Position numbers and translations under genes: made by a program | Shown: positions 27,653 to 38,355 of the stretch, piece by piece | Position numbering within the stretch: position 1 is the first letter of the stretch | How the letters are laid out: the number at the start of each line of letters is the position of its first letter | The notes under the pieces: model-generated | Databases searched by the model: none | Told to the model about the DNA's origin: nothing | Seen by the model: the letters and a program-made list of their open reading frames with translations, nothing else | NCBI GenBank assembly: GCA_035390125.1 | Contig: DAOOTD010000002.1 | Location: forward strand, 105,908 to 169,907 | Source: Candidatus Moraniibacteriota bacterium | Lineage (GTDB): Bacteria; Patescibacteriota; Minisyncoccia; Moranbacterales; GWC2-37-73 | Direction of reading: 5' to 3' | DNA length: 64,000 nucleotides

Positions 27653-29659
27653 ATGTCAGTAGAAATCTATGCGATTATCGCAGCAATGCTTTCGATCATT
27701 TTTGCTCTTTATCTCAGCTGGTTAGTCGACAAAATGCCGGCCGGAGAAGGAAAAATGGTTGATATAGCAAATGCCATCAAGGAAGGAGCAAAGGCATTCC
27801 TTAACCGCCAGTATAAAACTGTAGCCTATGTGGCAATTGTTGTAGCTGTAGCCCTTTATTATTTTCTGGATTTCAATACCAGTCTCGGTTTCTTGATTGG
27901 AGCTGCTGCTTCAGCTTTAGCTGGATATATAGGCATGAATGTTTCAGTTAAAGGCAATGTCAGGACAACGGAGGCAGCTAAAACGGGACTAAAAAAAGCA
28001 TTGGATGTAGCTTTTAAAGCTGGATCAGTAACTGGTCTTCTGGTTATTGGTTTGGGACTTCTTGTGGTAGCTGGTTTTTATTGGTTTACGAATGGAGATA
28101 TAAAAGCTTTGGTTGGAGTTGGTTTTGGAGGCAGTTTAATCAGCGTGTTTGCGCGGCTTGGAGGAGGTATTTTTACCAAAGCAGCCGATGTCGGAGCTGA
28201 TCTTGTTGGAAAAGTAGAAGCTGGCATTCCTGAAGATGATCCTCGCAATCCTGCAGTTATTGCTGACAATGTTGGTGATAATGTAGGTGACTGTGCCGGA
28301 ATGGCAGCTGACCTTTTTGAAACATATGCAGTTACGGCTATTGCGGCAATGATTCTTGGGTCGTTAACTTTCACAGCATTTGGCGGCGCCGTAGTTTTTC
28401 CTTTAGCGATAGGAGCTGTTTCTATCATAGCTTCAGTTTTAGGCGTATACTTCGTTCGTCTTAGTGATAAGGATAAAGATAATGGAGAAAAAATAATGGG
28501 AGCATTGTATAAAGGCTTGATAGCTTCTTCTGTTTTTGCACTTGTTGGCTTTTATCCAGTAACAAAATATTTAATGGAAGGAAGTGGAACGGATTTTATA
28601 AGTGTTTATTTAACTGCCGTAATCGGAATTTTGGTAACAGCTGGCATGGTTGTCATAACTGAATACTACACTTCAAAAAGCTATCGTCCGGTGAAGGAAA
28701 TAGCCAAGGCTTCAAAATCCGGACATGGAACTAATGTTATTATGGGTTTAGCTATGGGTATGGAATCAACGGCTATGCCAATAATAGTTATTGTAGCTGG
28801 TATTATGGCTTCTTTCTGGCTAGCTGGACTTTACGGAGTGGCAATTGCTGCTATGAGCATGCTTTCTATGGCAGGAATTATTGTAGCTATAGATTCTTTT
28901 GGTCCTGTAACTGACAATGCAGGTGGTATTGCTGAAATGTCAGAGCTTGGTCCTGAAATCAGGAAAGTTACTGATGCTCTTGATTCAGTTGGTAACACAA
29001 CAAAGGCTGTCACTAAAGGATACGCCATTGCTTCAGCTGGGCTGGCTGCTGTAGTACTCTTTGCTTCCTATTCGCAAGAACTTATTGAGAAAGGTGCAAA
29101 AATAACTTTCGGGCTTGATAATGTTAATGTTTTAGCAGGGCTATTGATTGGCGGTATGATACCTTATTTATTTTCCTCTATCAGCATGCGCGCAGTTTCA
29201 AAAGCTGCCGGCTCTGTAGTAGAAGAAGTCCGCAGGCAGTTCCGTGAAATCAAAGGGATCATGGAAGGGACAGCTAAACCTGATTATGCCAGCAGCGTTG
29301 ATATTGTGACTAAAGCAGCCTTGAAAGAAATGGTTATACCGGCAATTCTTCCGGTGGTTGCTCCAATAATAGTAGGTTTTATTCTTGGTCCGGAAGCCCT
29401 CGGAGGTTTATTGGTAGGCTCAATAGTTACAGGAGTTTTTCTGGCTATTTCTATGACTTCTGGCGGGGGTGCTTGGGATAATGCCAAAAAATTCATTGAA
29501 GATGGGGAATATGGTGGCAAAGGATCATTTGCCCATCAAGCTGCAGTGACCGGAGACACTGTCGGAGATCCATACAAAGATACAGCTGGTCCTGCCATCA
29601 ATCCGATGATTAAGATCATGAACATCGTCGCCTTGCTAATTGCTGGATTTATTATCTAA
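27653..29659 (+). CDS. hppA: Membrane-bound proton-translocating pyrophosphatase
   Basis: [42 protein letters not shown]. Confidence 0.96.
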   Translation: MSVEIYAIIAAMLSIIFALYLSWLVDKMPAGEGKMVDIANAIKEGAKAFLNRQYKTVAYVAIVVAVALYYFLDFNTSLGFLIGAAASALAGYIGMNVSVKGNVRTTEAAKTGLKKALDVAFKAGSVTGLLVIGLGLLVVAGFYWFTNGDIKALVGVGFGGSLISVFARLGGGIFTKAADVGADLVGKVEAGIPEDDPRNPAVIADNVGDNVGDCAGMAADLFETYAVTAIAAMILGSLTFTAFGGAVVFPLAIGAVSIIASVLGVYFVRLSDKDKDNGEKIMGALYKGLIASSVFALVGFYPVTKYLMEGSGTDFISVYLTAVIGILVTAGMVVITEYYTSKSYRPVKEIAKASKSGHGTNVIMGLAMGMESTAMPIIVIVAGIMASFWLAGLYGVAIAAMSMLSMAGIIVAIDSFGPVTDNAGGIAEMSELGPEIRKVTDALDSVGNTTKAVTKGYAIASAGLAAVVLFASYSQELIEKGAKITFGLDNVNVLAGLLIGGMIPYLFSSISMRAVSKAAGSVVEEVRRQFREIKGIMEGTAKPDYASSVDIVTKAALKEMVIPAILPVVAPIIVGFILGPEALGGLLVGSIVTGVFLAISMTSGGGAWDNAKKFIEDGEYGGKGSFAHQAAVTGDTVGDPYKDTAGPAINPMIKIMNIVALLIAGFII

Positions 29660-29757
29660 AATTTTAATGCGGAGGTTATTTTTTGTTTTTCTTTTTTCTA
29701 GTTTTTTTATTATGAAATTGCAAAAAATAATTTTTTCCCAATTGTTAATATAATATT

Positions 29758-31053
29758 ATGCCTATAACATCAGAAATTAAAAAACTTCCCGATTCTCAAA
29801 ATGAAATCAGGGTCCATGTTCCATGGGATGAATGGAAAAAATATATTGATATGGCGACTGCGGATTTTTCCAAAGAAATAAAAATAGAGGGATTCCGCAA
29901 CGGGAAAGCTCCACGTGATATAGTTGAAAAAAAAGTTGGCAGAGGCGCATTACTTGAAGCTGCTGCCCAACGTGCGATTCAAGAAACGTATCCGAAAGTC
30001 GTAAAAGAAAAAAAGGTTGATGCAATTGGAAAACCGCAGGCTGAAATTTTAAAATTAGCTGAAGAAAATGAATTAGAATACAAGATTATCTGCACAGTTA
30101 TTCCTGAAGTTAAAATGAAACCATGGAAAAGTTCAATTGAAAAAATAAATAAGAAATATGCCGAGAAAAAAGCTGATGTTTCAGAGGATGAAATAAACAA
30201 AGAAATCGATAATATTGCCAAAAGCCGCGTGCAACACATAAAAGTAGAGCGTGAAGCGAAGGACGGAGATAATGTTATTTTAGATTTTCAAATCAAGAAA
30301 GAAGGAGTTCCAATTGAAAACGGTTCTAGTAAAAATCATCCGCTAATTCTTGGAAGAGGGGTTTTCATTCCTGGATTCGAAGAGCAGATAGTAGGTATGA
30401 AAGTTGGGGAAACAAAAGATTTTGAACTTAATTTTCCCAAAGATTATCACGAGAAAAATTTGGCTGGCAGTCCCGCTCAGTTTACGGTGACGGTAAATGA
30501 AGTTCAGGAAAGAAAATATCCTGAATTGTCAGATGAATTTGCTAAGTCATTGGGAAAATTTAAAGATCTGGCAGATATGCGGAAAAGTGTGGCTGAAGGG
30601 ATGAAAGAAGAAAAGCAACATGAACTTAAAAATAAACACCGTGCTGAAATTATAGATATCCTGATAGAATTTGCTGAAGTTGATCTTCCGAATTTGCTTG
30701 TGCATGAAGAACTGCATAAAATGATCAATGAGTTCGACATGCAACTTCAAGGTATGGGCATGTCTTTTGACCAATATTTACAGCAAATAGGAAAAAAAAT
30801 TGAAGAATTAGAGCATGAATGGGAGCCCCAGGCGATTAAGCGCGTGAAAGCCGCATTAGCTCTTGAAGAAATAATTAAAGAAAAAGAAATTAAAGTTGCC
30901 AGTGAAGAAATAGAAGCTGAAATGAATAAAACTCTGGCGCAGTATAAGAAAATTAAAGATGTGGAAAAGAATATTGATTTGGGAAAATTGTATAACTATA
31001 TCAAGGGAATGATGCAAAATGAAAAGGTTTTAGAAATGTTGGAAAAAATATAA
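29758..31053 (+). CDS. tig: Trigger factor
   Basis: GFRNGKAP, FKBP domain FIPGFEEQIVGM; upstream of clpP. Confidence 0.95.
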   Translation: MPITSEIKKLPDSQNEIRVHVPWDEWKKYIDMATADFSKEIKIEGFRNGKAPRDIVEKKVGRGALLEAAAQRAIQETYPKVVKEKKVDAIGKPQAEILKLAEENELEYKIICTVIPEVKMKPWKSSIEKINKKYAEKKADVSEDEINKEIDNIAKSRVQHIKVEREAKDGDNVILDFQIKKEGVPIENGSSKNHPLILGRGVFIPGFEEQIVGMKVGETKDFELNFPKDYHEKNLAGSPAQFTVTVNEVQERKYPELSDEFAKSLGKFKDLADMRKSVAEGMKEEKQHELKNKHRAEIIDILIEFAEVDLPNLLVHEELHKMINEFDMQLQGMGMSFDQYLQQIGKKIEELEHEWEPQAIKRVKAALALEEIIKEKEIKVASEEIEAEMNKTLAQYKKIKDVEKNIDLGKLYNYIKGMMQNEKVLEMLEKI

Positions 31054-31107
31054 AATCTTTTTATTTTTTTGTCTTTTGGAATTTATAATTAATAAGGAAC
31101 AATAATT

Positions 31108-31692
31108 ATGAAAAGCCAGTATCTTATCCCCACCGTAATTGAAAAAACTAATTACGGAGAAAGAGTTTATGATATTTATTCCCGTTTGCTTAAGGACAGG
31201 ATAATTTTTTTGGGAACTGCCATTGATGATAATGTTGCGAATTCTGTAATTGCTCAACTTCTCTTTCTTGACCAGCAAAATCCCAAGGAAGATATAAAGC
31301 TATACATAAACTCCCCAGGAGGAATTGTAAGCAGTGCGTTGGCAATTTATGATACTATGCAATATGTCCGTTCTGACGTACAGACAATATGCATTGGAAC
31401 AGCAGCTTCGGCTGCATCCATGCTTCTAGCGGCAGGAAAAAAAGGAAAGCGTTTTATTTTGCCAAATGCTGAAGTTATGATTCACCAAATAATGGGGGGA
31501 GCTCAAGGGCAAGCCTCAGATATTGATATTCATGCCAAACATATTCTTAAAATGAAAAGTTTACTGAATCAGATTTTGGCAAAACATACTGGACAGAAAA
31601 TTGCTAAAGTTGAAGAAGATACTGACCGCGACTATTTTATGAATGCTAAAGAAGCAAAGGAATATGGGATTGTAGATAAGGTGATATCATAA
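31108..31692 (+). CDS. clpP: ATP-dependent Clp protease proteolytic subunit
   Basis: [31 protein letters not shown]. Confidence 0.97.
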   Translation: MKSQYLIPTVIEKTNYGERVYDIYSRLLKDRIIFLGTAIDDNVANSVIAQLLFLDQQNPKEDIKLYINSPGGIVSSALAIYDTMQYVRSDVQTICIGTAASAASMLLAAGKKGKRFILPNAEVMIHQIMGGAQGQASDIDIHAKHILKMKSLLNQILAKHTGQKIAKVEEDTDRDYFMNAKEAKEYGIVDKVIS

Positions 31693-31716
31693 AAATTATT
31701 GTTTTTCATGAATATA

Positions 31717-31743
31717 AAAATCTCCCATGCGGGAGATTTTTTT
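31717..31743. terminator. Bidirectional terminator between clpP and gpmI
   Basis: AAAATCTCCC ATGC GGGAGATTTT. Confidence 0.8.
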
Positions 31744-31762
31744 AGCACAATTTTTTTAAGTA

Positions 31763-33334
31763 CTATTTTAATATTGACAATAGGCTTTCTCCATTCATTT
31801 CAGGTGGTTTCTCGATATTTAAAATTTCAAGAATAGTAGGTGCAATATCACTAAGAAGTCCACCAACTTCACTTTGTTGGCGCGCTATTTCTTCTGGGCT
31901 TTTTGAGCGATGATTATTGGCTGTTATAAACCATAAAGGGACGGGGTTAGTAGAGTGTTCTGTGTCAACCTGTCCTGTATGGGAATTTTTAATTTCTTCG
32001 ATATTCCCATGGTCAGCTGTTATAAGCAAACATCCTCCATTTTTCAGAACTTCCGGGATTAAACGTGAAAGATTTTCATCTATAGTTTGGACAGCAACCA
32101 TACAAGCTTTCTCATTTCCGGTGTGTCCGACCATGTCAGCGTTGGCATAATTTATAAGCATAAAATCGTATGTATTTTTTTTGATTGCATCTATCACTTT
32201 TTCAGTTATAATTGCAGCACTCATTTCTGGGGCTTCATCAAATTTTGAAACTGCGGGAGACGGTACAAGTATTCTGTCTTCACCTGGCCATGGTTCCTCC
32301 TTTCCTCCATTAAAAAAATATGTAACATGTGCATATTTCTCTGTCTCAGCGATCCTGAGTTGCTTAAGTTTGTTTTTGCTAAGTATTTCCCCGAGGCCTT
32401 TTTCAAGCACTATTGGAGGAAAAGCTATTTCTACCGGAAGATCTGCTTCATATTCTACCATAGTCACAAAATCTATTTTTAACATTTCGCGTTTAAAATT
32501 CTCAAAACCCGGAAGTACAAATGCTTTAGTCAGTTCCCGGGCACGATCTTCGCGAAAATTAAAAAATATAATTGCATCACCATCATTTACTGTAGTTATT
32601 GGTTTTCCATTTTCAATAACTATTGCGGGTTCTATATATTCATCGCTAATTTCTTTAGCGTAAGAATCTTCTAAATAGCTTGTAGGATCAGAAATTTGAA
32701 CACCCTTGCCTTCTGTTATTAATCGATAGGCTTTTTCAACTCTATCCCAATTGTTATTCCTATCCATTGACCAATTTCTTCCACAAAGTGAAGCAATTTT
32801 ACCTATACCTAGCGATTTTATATGATCCTGTATGTCTTTTATTGTTTTCACTCCTGAAGTGGGCGGAGAATCCCGTCCATCAGTAAAGGCGTGGATAAAA
32901 ACCTTGTTATTAAGCTCTTTTTCTTTTGCCATTTCTAAAATAGCAAAGAGATGGTCTAGATAGGAATGAACACTCCCTTGTCCTACAAGTCCCATTATAT
33001 GAAGATTGGAATCATTGTTTTTAACTGATTCCATGGCTTTTAATAATGTAGGATTAGAAAAAAAAGATCTATTTTGCACAGAAAGAGTTATGCGTGGCAG
33101 ATTCTGATAAACAATTTTTCCTGCACCCAAGGTTATGTGTCCGACCTCACTATTTCCGCACTCTCCCCAAAAAAGTCCAGCAGAAATGCCTGATGCTTGG
33201 AGAGTCGTTGTTGGATAATTATTGTTAAGTTTTTCTATAGTAGGGAGTGTTGTTTCCTTTAGGACGTTTCCTTTGGTATTATTACTTATTCCCCATCCGT
33301 CAAGAACGACAAGTACAACTGGTTTCATTGACAT
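31763..33334 (-). CDS. gpmI: 2,3-BPG-independent phosphoglycerate mutase
   Basis: LDGWG, GNSEVGH, DGRD, AETEKYAHVT, DMVGHTG, TADHGN. Confidence 0.96.
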   Translation of the reverse strand: MSMKPVVLVVLDGWGISNNTKGNVLKETTLPTIEKLNNNYPTTTLQASGISAGLFWGECGNSEVGHITLGAGKIVYQNLPRITLSVQNRSFFSNPTLLKAMESVKNNDSNLHIMGLVGQGSVHSYLDHLFAILEMAKEKELNNKVFIHAFTDGRDSPPTSGVKTIKDIQDHIKSLGIGKIASLCGRNWSMDRNNNWDRVEKAYRLITEGKGVQISDPTSYLEDSYAKEISDEYIEPAIVIENGKPITTVNDGDAIIFFNFREDRARELTKAFVLPGFENFKREMLKIDFVTMVEYEADLPVEIAFPPIVLEKGLGEILSKNKLKQLRIAETEKYAHVTYFFNGGKEEPWPGEDRILVPSPAVSKFDEAPEMSAAIITEKVIDAIKKNTYDFMLINYANADMVGHTGNEKACMVAVQTIDENLSRLIPEVLKNGGCLLITADHGNIEEIKNSHTGQVDTEHSTNPVPLWFITANNHRSKSPEEIARQQSEVGGLLSDIAPTILEILNIEKPPEMNGESLLSILK

Positions 33335-33402
33335 ATATTGATTACCAAAATTAAATATTTAATATTTTTTTACATTACTTATAATAGCATTTATAGAATT
33401 TT

Positions 33403-33431
33403 TTGACAAAAAGTTTATTTTGCGTTAGCAT
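33403..33431 (+). promoter_or_regulatory. Sigma70-type promoter of rny
   Basis: TTGACA-N17-TAGCAT. Confidence 0.6.
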
Positions 33432-33437
33432 GGTAAA

Positions 33438-33695
33438 GCATATGGACGCCTTTGCGTCAAAATATATGCGTATCAATCAACTGAATAGTAACGCACTTGT
33501 TGATTGTTAGTTTCTATAATATATAAAAACTTGAACGGCTCGAAATGATTTATAACACAGAATAGACATTAAAGCACGATTTTGCACTATCATGAAGTCT
33601 ATTTTTACTTCAGAAACAAAAAAAACTTGCATTCAGTCGTAAAGCGCATAGCGCTTGCTTTAACTTTGTGTTGCAATTCATTCGTGTCGAATGAA
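33438..33695 (+). ncRNA. Structured 5' leader or ncRNA upstream of rny
   Basis: Two 5' hairpins plus a ~150-nt multistem domain (33536-33689). Confidence 0.5.
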
Positions 33696-33700
33696 AACTT

Positions 33701-35224
33701 ATGGGAATATCAATATTATTTGCAATTGTCGGCGTAGTAGCCGGTAGTCTTATTGGTTATGTGGGAAGACAGATTATCGCGCGCAAACGTCTAGATACTG
33801 TTGAAGGAAAAATTGAAAAAATGGTCGAAGAAGCTGAGAAAAAATCGCAGGAAACTGTTTTAAATGCCAAAAATAAAGCAGTTGAAATTCTTGAAGAGGC
33901 TAAAAAACAGGAAAAAGAACGTGAAGATCAAATATTAAGAACTGAACAAAGACTGGAAAAACGTGAAACCATAATTGATCAGAAAACCGATGAGATAGAA
34001 AAAAATCATAAAATGCTTGAACAGAAAGTTGAAGAAGTAAGAAAAATAAAACAAGAAGCAGAAGATGCAAGAAAAAAAGAGCTTGATAGGCTTGAAAAGA
34101 TAGCCGGTCTTTCCAAAGAGCAAGCTAAAGCGATACTGCTTCAACTTACAGAAGAGGAAAATCGTGAAGTAATTGCCCAGCGTATTGCAAAAATAGAAAA
34201 AGAAGGGCAAGAAGACATAGAAAAAAGAGCCAAAACTCTAATGACAAGTATTATTCAGAAATATGCCGGATCTCATTCTGCAGAAGTAGTAACTACAACT
34301 GTTTCTATACCTTCAGATGAGGTTAAGGGGAGAATAATTGGAAGAGAGGGGCGCAATATTAAAGCTCTTGAAAAACTTACAGGAGTCGAAATAATTGTTG
34401 ATGATACTCCTGAGGCTGTAGTTATTTCCGGATTTGATCCTGTAAGAAGAGAAATTGCGCGTATAGCCTTGGAAAAACTTATCAATGATGGGCGTATTCA
34501 TCCTACTAGAATTGAGGAAGCTGTAGATTATGCTAAGGAAGAAATTGATACCAAGGTTAAAGAAGCAGGAGAAGCTGCCACTTATGACTTAGGTATAGCT
34601 GGGCTTGATCCAAAAATTGTTAACCTTATTGGTCGCTTAAGATACAGAACAAGTTTTGGACAAAACGTTCTCCTTCATTCATTGGAAGTTGCACATCTTT
34701 CTGGAGCATTAGCTGCAGAACTGGGGGCTGATGTTGCTGTTGCAAAAAAAGCAGGTCTCTTGCACGATATAGGCAAAGCTGTTGATCACGAAATACAGGG
34801 AACCCATGTTGAGATTGGCATAAAAATAATGGAAAAATTTAATATGCCTAAGGAAGTTATTGATGCGGTAAAATCACACCATGAAGATTATCCTTTTGAA
34901 ACTCCAGAATCTTTTATTATTGCTGCAGCTGATGCGATTTCTGCCAGTAGGCCAGGAGCCAGAAAAGATACTTTAGAAAAATATCTTAAAAGACTGGAAG
35001 AACTAGAGTCAACTGCAAATTCATTTGCCGGTGTTGAAAAAACATATGCAATTCAAGCGGGGAGAGAAATAAGGGTTTTTGTTAAACCTGAAGAAATCGA
35101 TGATCTCGGTGCATTAAAATTAGCCAGAGAAATTGCTGATAAAATTGAGCAGGATCTTAAATATCCCGGAGAAATAAAAGTAAACGTACTTAGAGAGACA
35201 AGGAGCGTAGAGTATGCTAGATAG
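33701..35224 (+). CDS. rny: Ribonuclease Y
   Basis: N-terminal TM, coiled coil, KH (KGRIIGREGRNI), HD (LLHDIGK). Confidence 0.97.
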   Translation: MGISILFAIVGVVAGSLIGYVGRQIIARKRLDTVEGKIEKMVEEAEKKSQETVLNAKNKAVEILEEAKKQEKEREDQILRTEQRLEKRETIIDQKTDEIEKNHKMLEQKVEEVRKIKQEAEDARKKELDRLEKIAGLSKEQAKAILLQLTEEENREVIAQRIAKIEKEGQEDIEKRAKTLMTSIIQKYAGSHSAEVVTTTVSIPSDEVKGRIIGREGRNIKALEKLTGVEIIVDDTPEAVVISGFDPVRREIARIALEKLINDGRIHPTRIEEAVDYAKEEIDTKVKEAGEAATYDLGIAGLDPKIVNLIGRLRYRTSFGQNVLLHSLEVAHLSGALAAELGADVAVAKKAGLLHDIGKAVDHEIQGTHVEIGIKIMEKFNMPKEVIDAVKSHHEDYPFETPESFIIAAADAISASRPGARKDTLEKYLKRLEELESTANSFAGVEKTYAIQAGREIRVFVKPEEIDDLGALKLAREIADKIEQDLKYPGEIKVNVLRETRSVEYAR

Positions 35225-35411
35225 AAATTTATAATCTAGAATCCGCTTTTTTGTAATGTGTATAACATTATTTGCTTTATTTGCGGGATAAATAGTATAA
35301 TAATGTAAGCTGAATAACCAATAAATAAAATAAACCCTGTTAAATATCTAATGGATTAGTGACTATGCAGTATAATTTAATAAGGGTAAAAATAGAAAGG
35401 ATGGTGATAAT

Positions 35412-35693
35412 ATGGCAAATATAAACAAAGATGCTCTTATAGACTCAATTGCGGCTAAAACTGACCTTTCAAAAAAGGCAGTAGAAAGCTTTTTAGAAGC
35501 TCTTGAAGAAAAAATCACCAACGAAATCCGCCAGGGAAACAAGGTAACTTTGACAGGATTCGGAACTTTCCGCGTTTCTAAGCGAGCTGCCCGTGAAGGA
35601 ATCAATCCTCAGACAAAAGAAAAAATACAAATTCCAGCCATGACAGTTCCTAAATTCACTGCCGGTAAATCTCTTAAAGAAGCTGTTAAATAA
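35412..35693 (+). CDS. hup: HU DNA-binding protein
   Basis: LTGFGTF, RAAREGINPQT, PKFTAGKSLK. Confidence 0.95.
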   Translation: MANINKDALIDSIAAKTDLSKKAVESFLEALEEKITNEIRQGNKVTLTGFGTFRVSKRAAREGINPQTKEKIQIPAMTVPKFTAGKSLKEAVK

Positions 35694-35728
35694 ATCTGTC
35701 TTTTTTAAATGTAAATTCAAAAGATGGA

Positions 35729-35756
35729 AATAAAATCCCCTTATGGGGATTTTATT
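35729..35756 (+). terminator. Intrinsic terminator after hup
   Basis: AATAAAATCCCC TTAT GGGGATTTTATT. Confidence 0.75.
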
Positions 35757-35882
35757 GTAAAAAAATGCGACTATTGCCAAAAGATAATTATTATGTTAAT
35801 AATGTAAGAAGTTTTGTAATTAATAATTTTTGTAAATTTCGCCCTCCTAATGCTCTCAGGATGCGAAATTTCATAAACTGAA

Positions 35883-36155
35883 GTGCCAATCAAAAAATCA
35901 GCCAAAAAATACATGCGCGTAACTGAAAGAAAGACACTCAAAAACAGGAAAATTAAAGGTGTCCTAAAAAATGCTGTGAAACAAACCAAAGAATATCTTT
36001 CAGCGGGAAAAATAGATGAGGCGCAAGCATCTCTTAAGGTTGCAATCAAGGCCATCGATAAAGCTGCGCAAAAAAAGGTAATTAAAAAAAACACAGCCGC
36101 CAGAAAGAAATCCAGACTTAATGCCTTAGTTAAAAAAGTCGCTCTCAAAAAATAA
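35883..36155 (+). CDS. rpsT: 30S ribosomal protein S20
   Basis: PIKKSAKK, IDKAAQKKVIKKNTAARKKSRL; GTG start. Confidence 0.95.
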   Translation: MPIKKSAKKYMRVTERKTLKNRKIKGVLKNAVKQTKEYLSAGKIDEAQASLKVAIKAIDKAAQKKVIKKNTAARKKSRLNALVKKVALKK

Positions 36156-36166
36156 TCTTCAAAATA

Positions 36167-36200
36167 TTAAAAACATCCCGATTAAGTGGGATGTTTTTAA
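36167..36200. terminator. Bidirectional terminator between rpsT and holA
   Basis: TTAAAAACATCCC...GGGATGTTTTTAA. Confidence 0.8.
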
Positions 36201-36262
36201 ATTTCTCTGTCAAATCGTGACACCTCTATTTAATCAGGAGAGAAGAATAAAGAAGAAAACTT

Positions 36263-37228
36263 TTACAGGGAAACAATAAAAATATCTAAAGCTAGAACAG
36301 GGTCAATTTTTCCGATTTTGGCGTCCTGATCTATTTGAGCAAGGTCACAAAATATTTGTTTAGCTTTTTTTTCACCTAAAACCTTGGCTTGTGGAAGTGT
36401 TTTTCGGACAACATAAGGGTGAAGTTTAGAGGTCTTGGCTATATCATAAGTATTGGAGATCCCTTGCCACAAAAAATCGCCAATTTTCAAAATAGTTCTC
36501 AGTTGGTAGGCGTACATAGAAAGAATATAAAAAATATCCTCCCCTTTTTCCAATTGTTCATGCAGGAGTGCTAAGGCACGATTCTTATCTCCACTGCAAA
36601 GCGCTTCAATTGTTTCAAATATAGTTGAATCAATTTTGGATTTTACCAAAAGCTCGATATCTTCTTCTTTTATAATTCCGCTGCCCTTATAATTTATAAG
36701 TTTTGTAATCTCATTGCTTAAAACATACAAATCATTTCCAGTAGCGGCTAAAAGCATATTAAGAGCATTTCTGGAAAAAGAAACATCAGAGGATATTTTT
36801 TTGGCGTAAGCCAATACCCAGTTTGCGAGATGTGCTCCGTCATAGGGAGAGAATTCCTGACTTTTAGCATGGGCAGATAAGAATTTAAACAAGGAACTAT
36901 TTTTCTTCGGGCTGTCTTTCTCAAAAAAAACAATTATCGCATCATTATCATTTTCTAATTCATCTCGTGATTTTAAAAATTCTAAAACATCTTTTTGTTT
37001 CTCAATTGATCCGCTGAGCAAAATATTTTTAACTATTATTAATTGCTTAGTGGAAAAAAGTCCCTGTGCCGACAGGATATCAGATAAGTTTTTAATTGCA
37101 GAAGCATTGTCATAGTCAAGAACGCTCAGGTCAGTACCTGAGCTGTTCTTTTCCAGATATTTATTTTTAAGGGCGCTTAATTTTTCTAATGAACGGAAAG
37201 TATCAGCGCCGTATAGAAAAATAAACAT
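36263..37228 (-). CDS. holA: DNA polymerase III delta subunit
   Basis: MFIFLYGADTF, GLFSTKQLIIVKN, NEITKL, IFETIEAL, HPYV; convergent with rpsT. Confidence 0.88.
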   Translation of the reverse strand: MFIFLYGADTFRSLEKLSALKNKYLEKNSSGTDLSVLDYDNASAIKNLSDILSAQGLFSTKQLIIVKNILLSGSIEKQKDVLEFLKSRDELENDNDAIIVFFEKDSPKKNSSLFKFLSAHAKSQEFSPYDGAHLANWVLAYAKKISSDVSFSRNALNMLLAATGNDLYVLSNEITKLINYKGSGIIKEEDIELLVKSKIDSTIFETIEALCSGDKNRALALLHEQLEKGEDIFYILSMYAYQLRTILKIGDFLWQGISNTYDIAKTSKLHPYVVRKTLPQAKVLGEKKAKQIFCDLAQIDQDAKIGKIDPVLALDIFIVSL

Positions 37229-37230
37229 AT

Positions 37231-38334
37231 TTACGCAGAAGGAGTCCACCTTAATGATTGTCCCGGGTCTATAATGTTAACCCAAATTTGTCCGGGAACG
37301 AATCTTATTTCTTGTCCTGATTCATCATAAAACATGAGTTTGCTTTCAACTTTGCTTCTATCTTTTTTCCAAGTGCCTTTGTATTGTTGGCCGTTCATGT
37401 AGTAGAAAGCAGAGCCTGAATCAATAGTGTCAAACCATGGGTCTCCAACTTGAACATTAACATATTGTTCTCCAACCTTGATTGGAGCAGCATCGGCGAT
37501 CATAACTACCACGTTTTTTGGTGCAATTCTTTCTTTAGTGTTGCGATCAGTATCAGCCACATCTCCCCAGGTTCTAAGATATGAATTGCTGGCTTTGTCA
37601 TAATCATATTCAACATCATAAGGTTTAGCGTAGGCAACCCTAAGATTGCCGCCATTTGGTCTTTGGTCTAAAGCAATCTCTGTTTGGTGCGGATATCCTA
37701 CAAATTTATTCTCTGTGCTATATCCAAAAGATTTAGCTCCAACTAAAATTTCCGAAAATTTTGCATAGCCGGAATCAACTCCTCTTTCCATTCCTTCTTT
37801 TCTGAAGCAGTATTGTCCTGCTGATTTTCCGGCATCATTATTGCAATTCATGTTATCAATAATTCCATTATTAAGCACATCCCTGAATTGCTCTATATCA
37901 GCTCTTCCCCAATGCACATAAATTGAATCTAGGCTTTTAGCGATATGCACAAAATCGTGTCTTGCACTCCTGAGAGAGCCAACTTCTTCCGGTAAAGTGC
38001 ATCCATATACTCCCATGAGACGCGTGATACTGCCATAAACAGCTTGCATTTCGATCACCATATCAGCTTGTGACAGTCCGGCTAGAGGACGGGCAGGAAC
38101 GTCAGCTGGTTGCATTACAGCAAATGTCCTTTTATTCCAGTTATCGCAGCCAATCCCTGTGATGGGACTGACATCGCCTTGATTTGATGGCTCGGTGGAT
38201 TCGGGAACATTGGTTATTTGGATTTGTTTACCTTTTTTGCTTCTTAACATTTGCCGACCCTTAGCAAAATAAAAAACTCCGCCAACGATAATTGCGGCAA
38301 TAAGCACTATAATGGCTATTTGTTTCCTGTCCAT
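37231..38334 (-). CDS. DUF3048-like membrane-anchored protein
   Basis: SPITG, ARPLAGLSQADMVIE, ITRLM, VGSLRSAR, PGQIWV. Confidence 0.8.
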   Translation of the reverse strand: MDRKQIAIIVLIAAIIVGGVFYFAKGRQMLRSKKGKQIQITNVPESTEPSNQGDVSPITGIGCDNWNKRTFAVMQPADVPARPLAGLSQADMVIEMQAVYGSITRLMGVYGCTLPEEVGSLRSARHDFVHIAKSLDSIYVHWGRADIEQFRDVLNNGIIDNMNCNNDAGKSAGQYCFRKEGMERGVDSGYAKFSEILVGAKSFGYSTENKFVGYPHQTEIALDQRPNGGNLRVAYAKPYDVEYDYDKASNSYLRTWGDVADTDRNTKERIAPKNVVVMIADAAPIKVGEQYVNVQVGDPWFDTIDSGSAFYYMNGQQYKGTWKKDRSKVESKLMFYDESGQEIRFVPGQIWVNIIDPGQSLRWTPSA

Positions 38335-38355
38335 TTTATTTTTTTTGTTAAATTA

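Noticed and set aside
35774-35802. dif-like TTATGTTAA sequence
   Set aside because: No matching XerC arm; it is better explained as the rpsT promoter (TTGCCA-N17-TAATAA)
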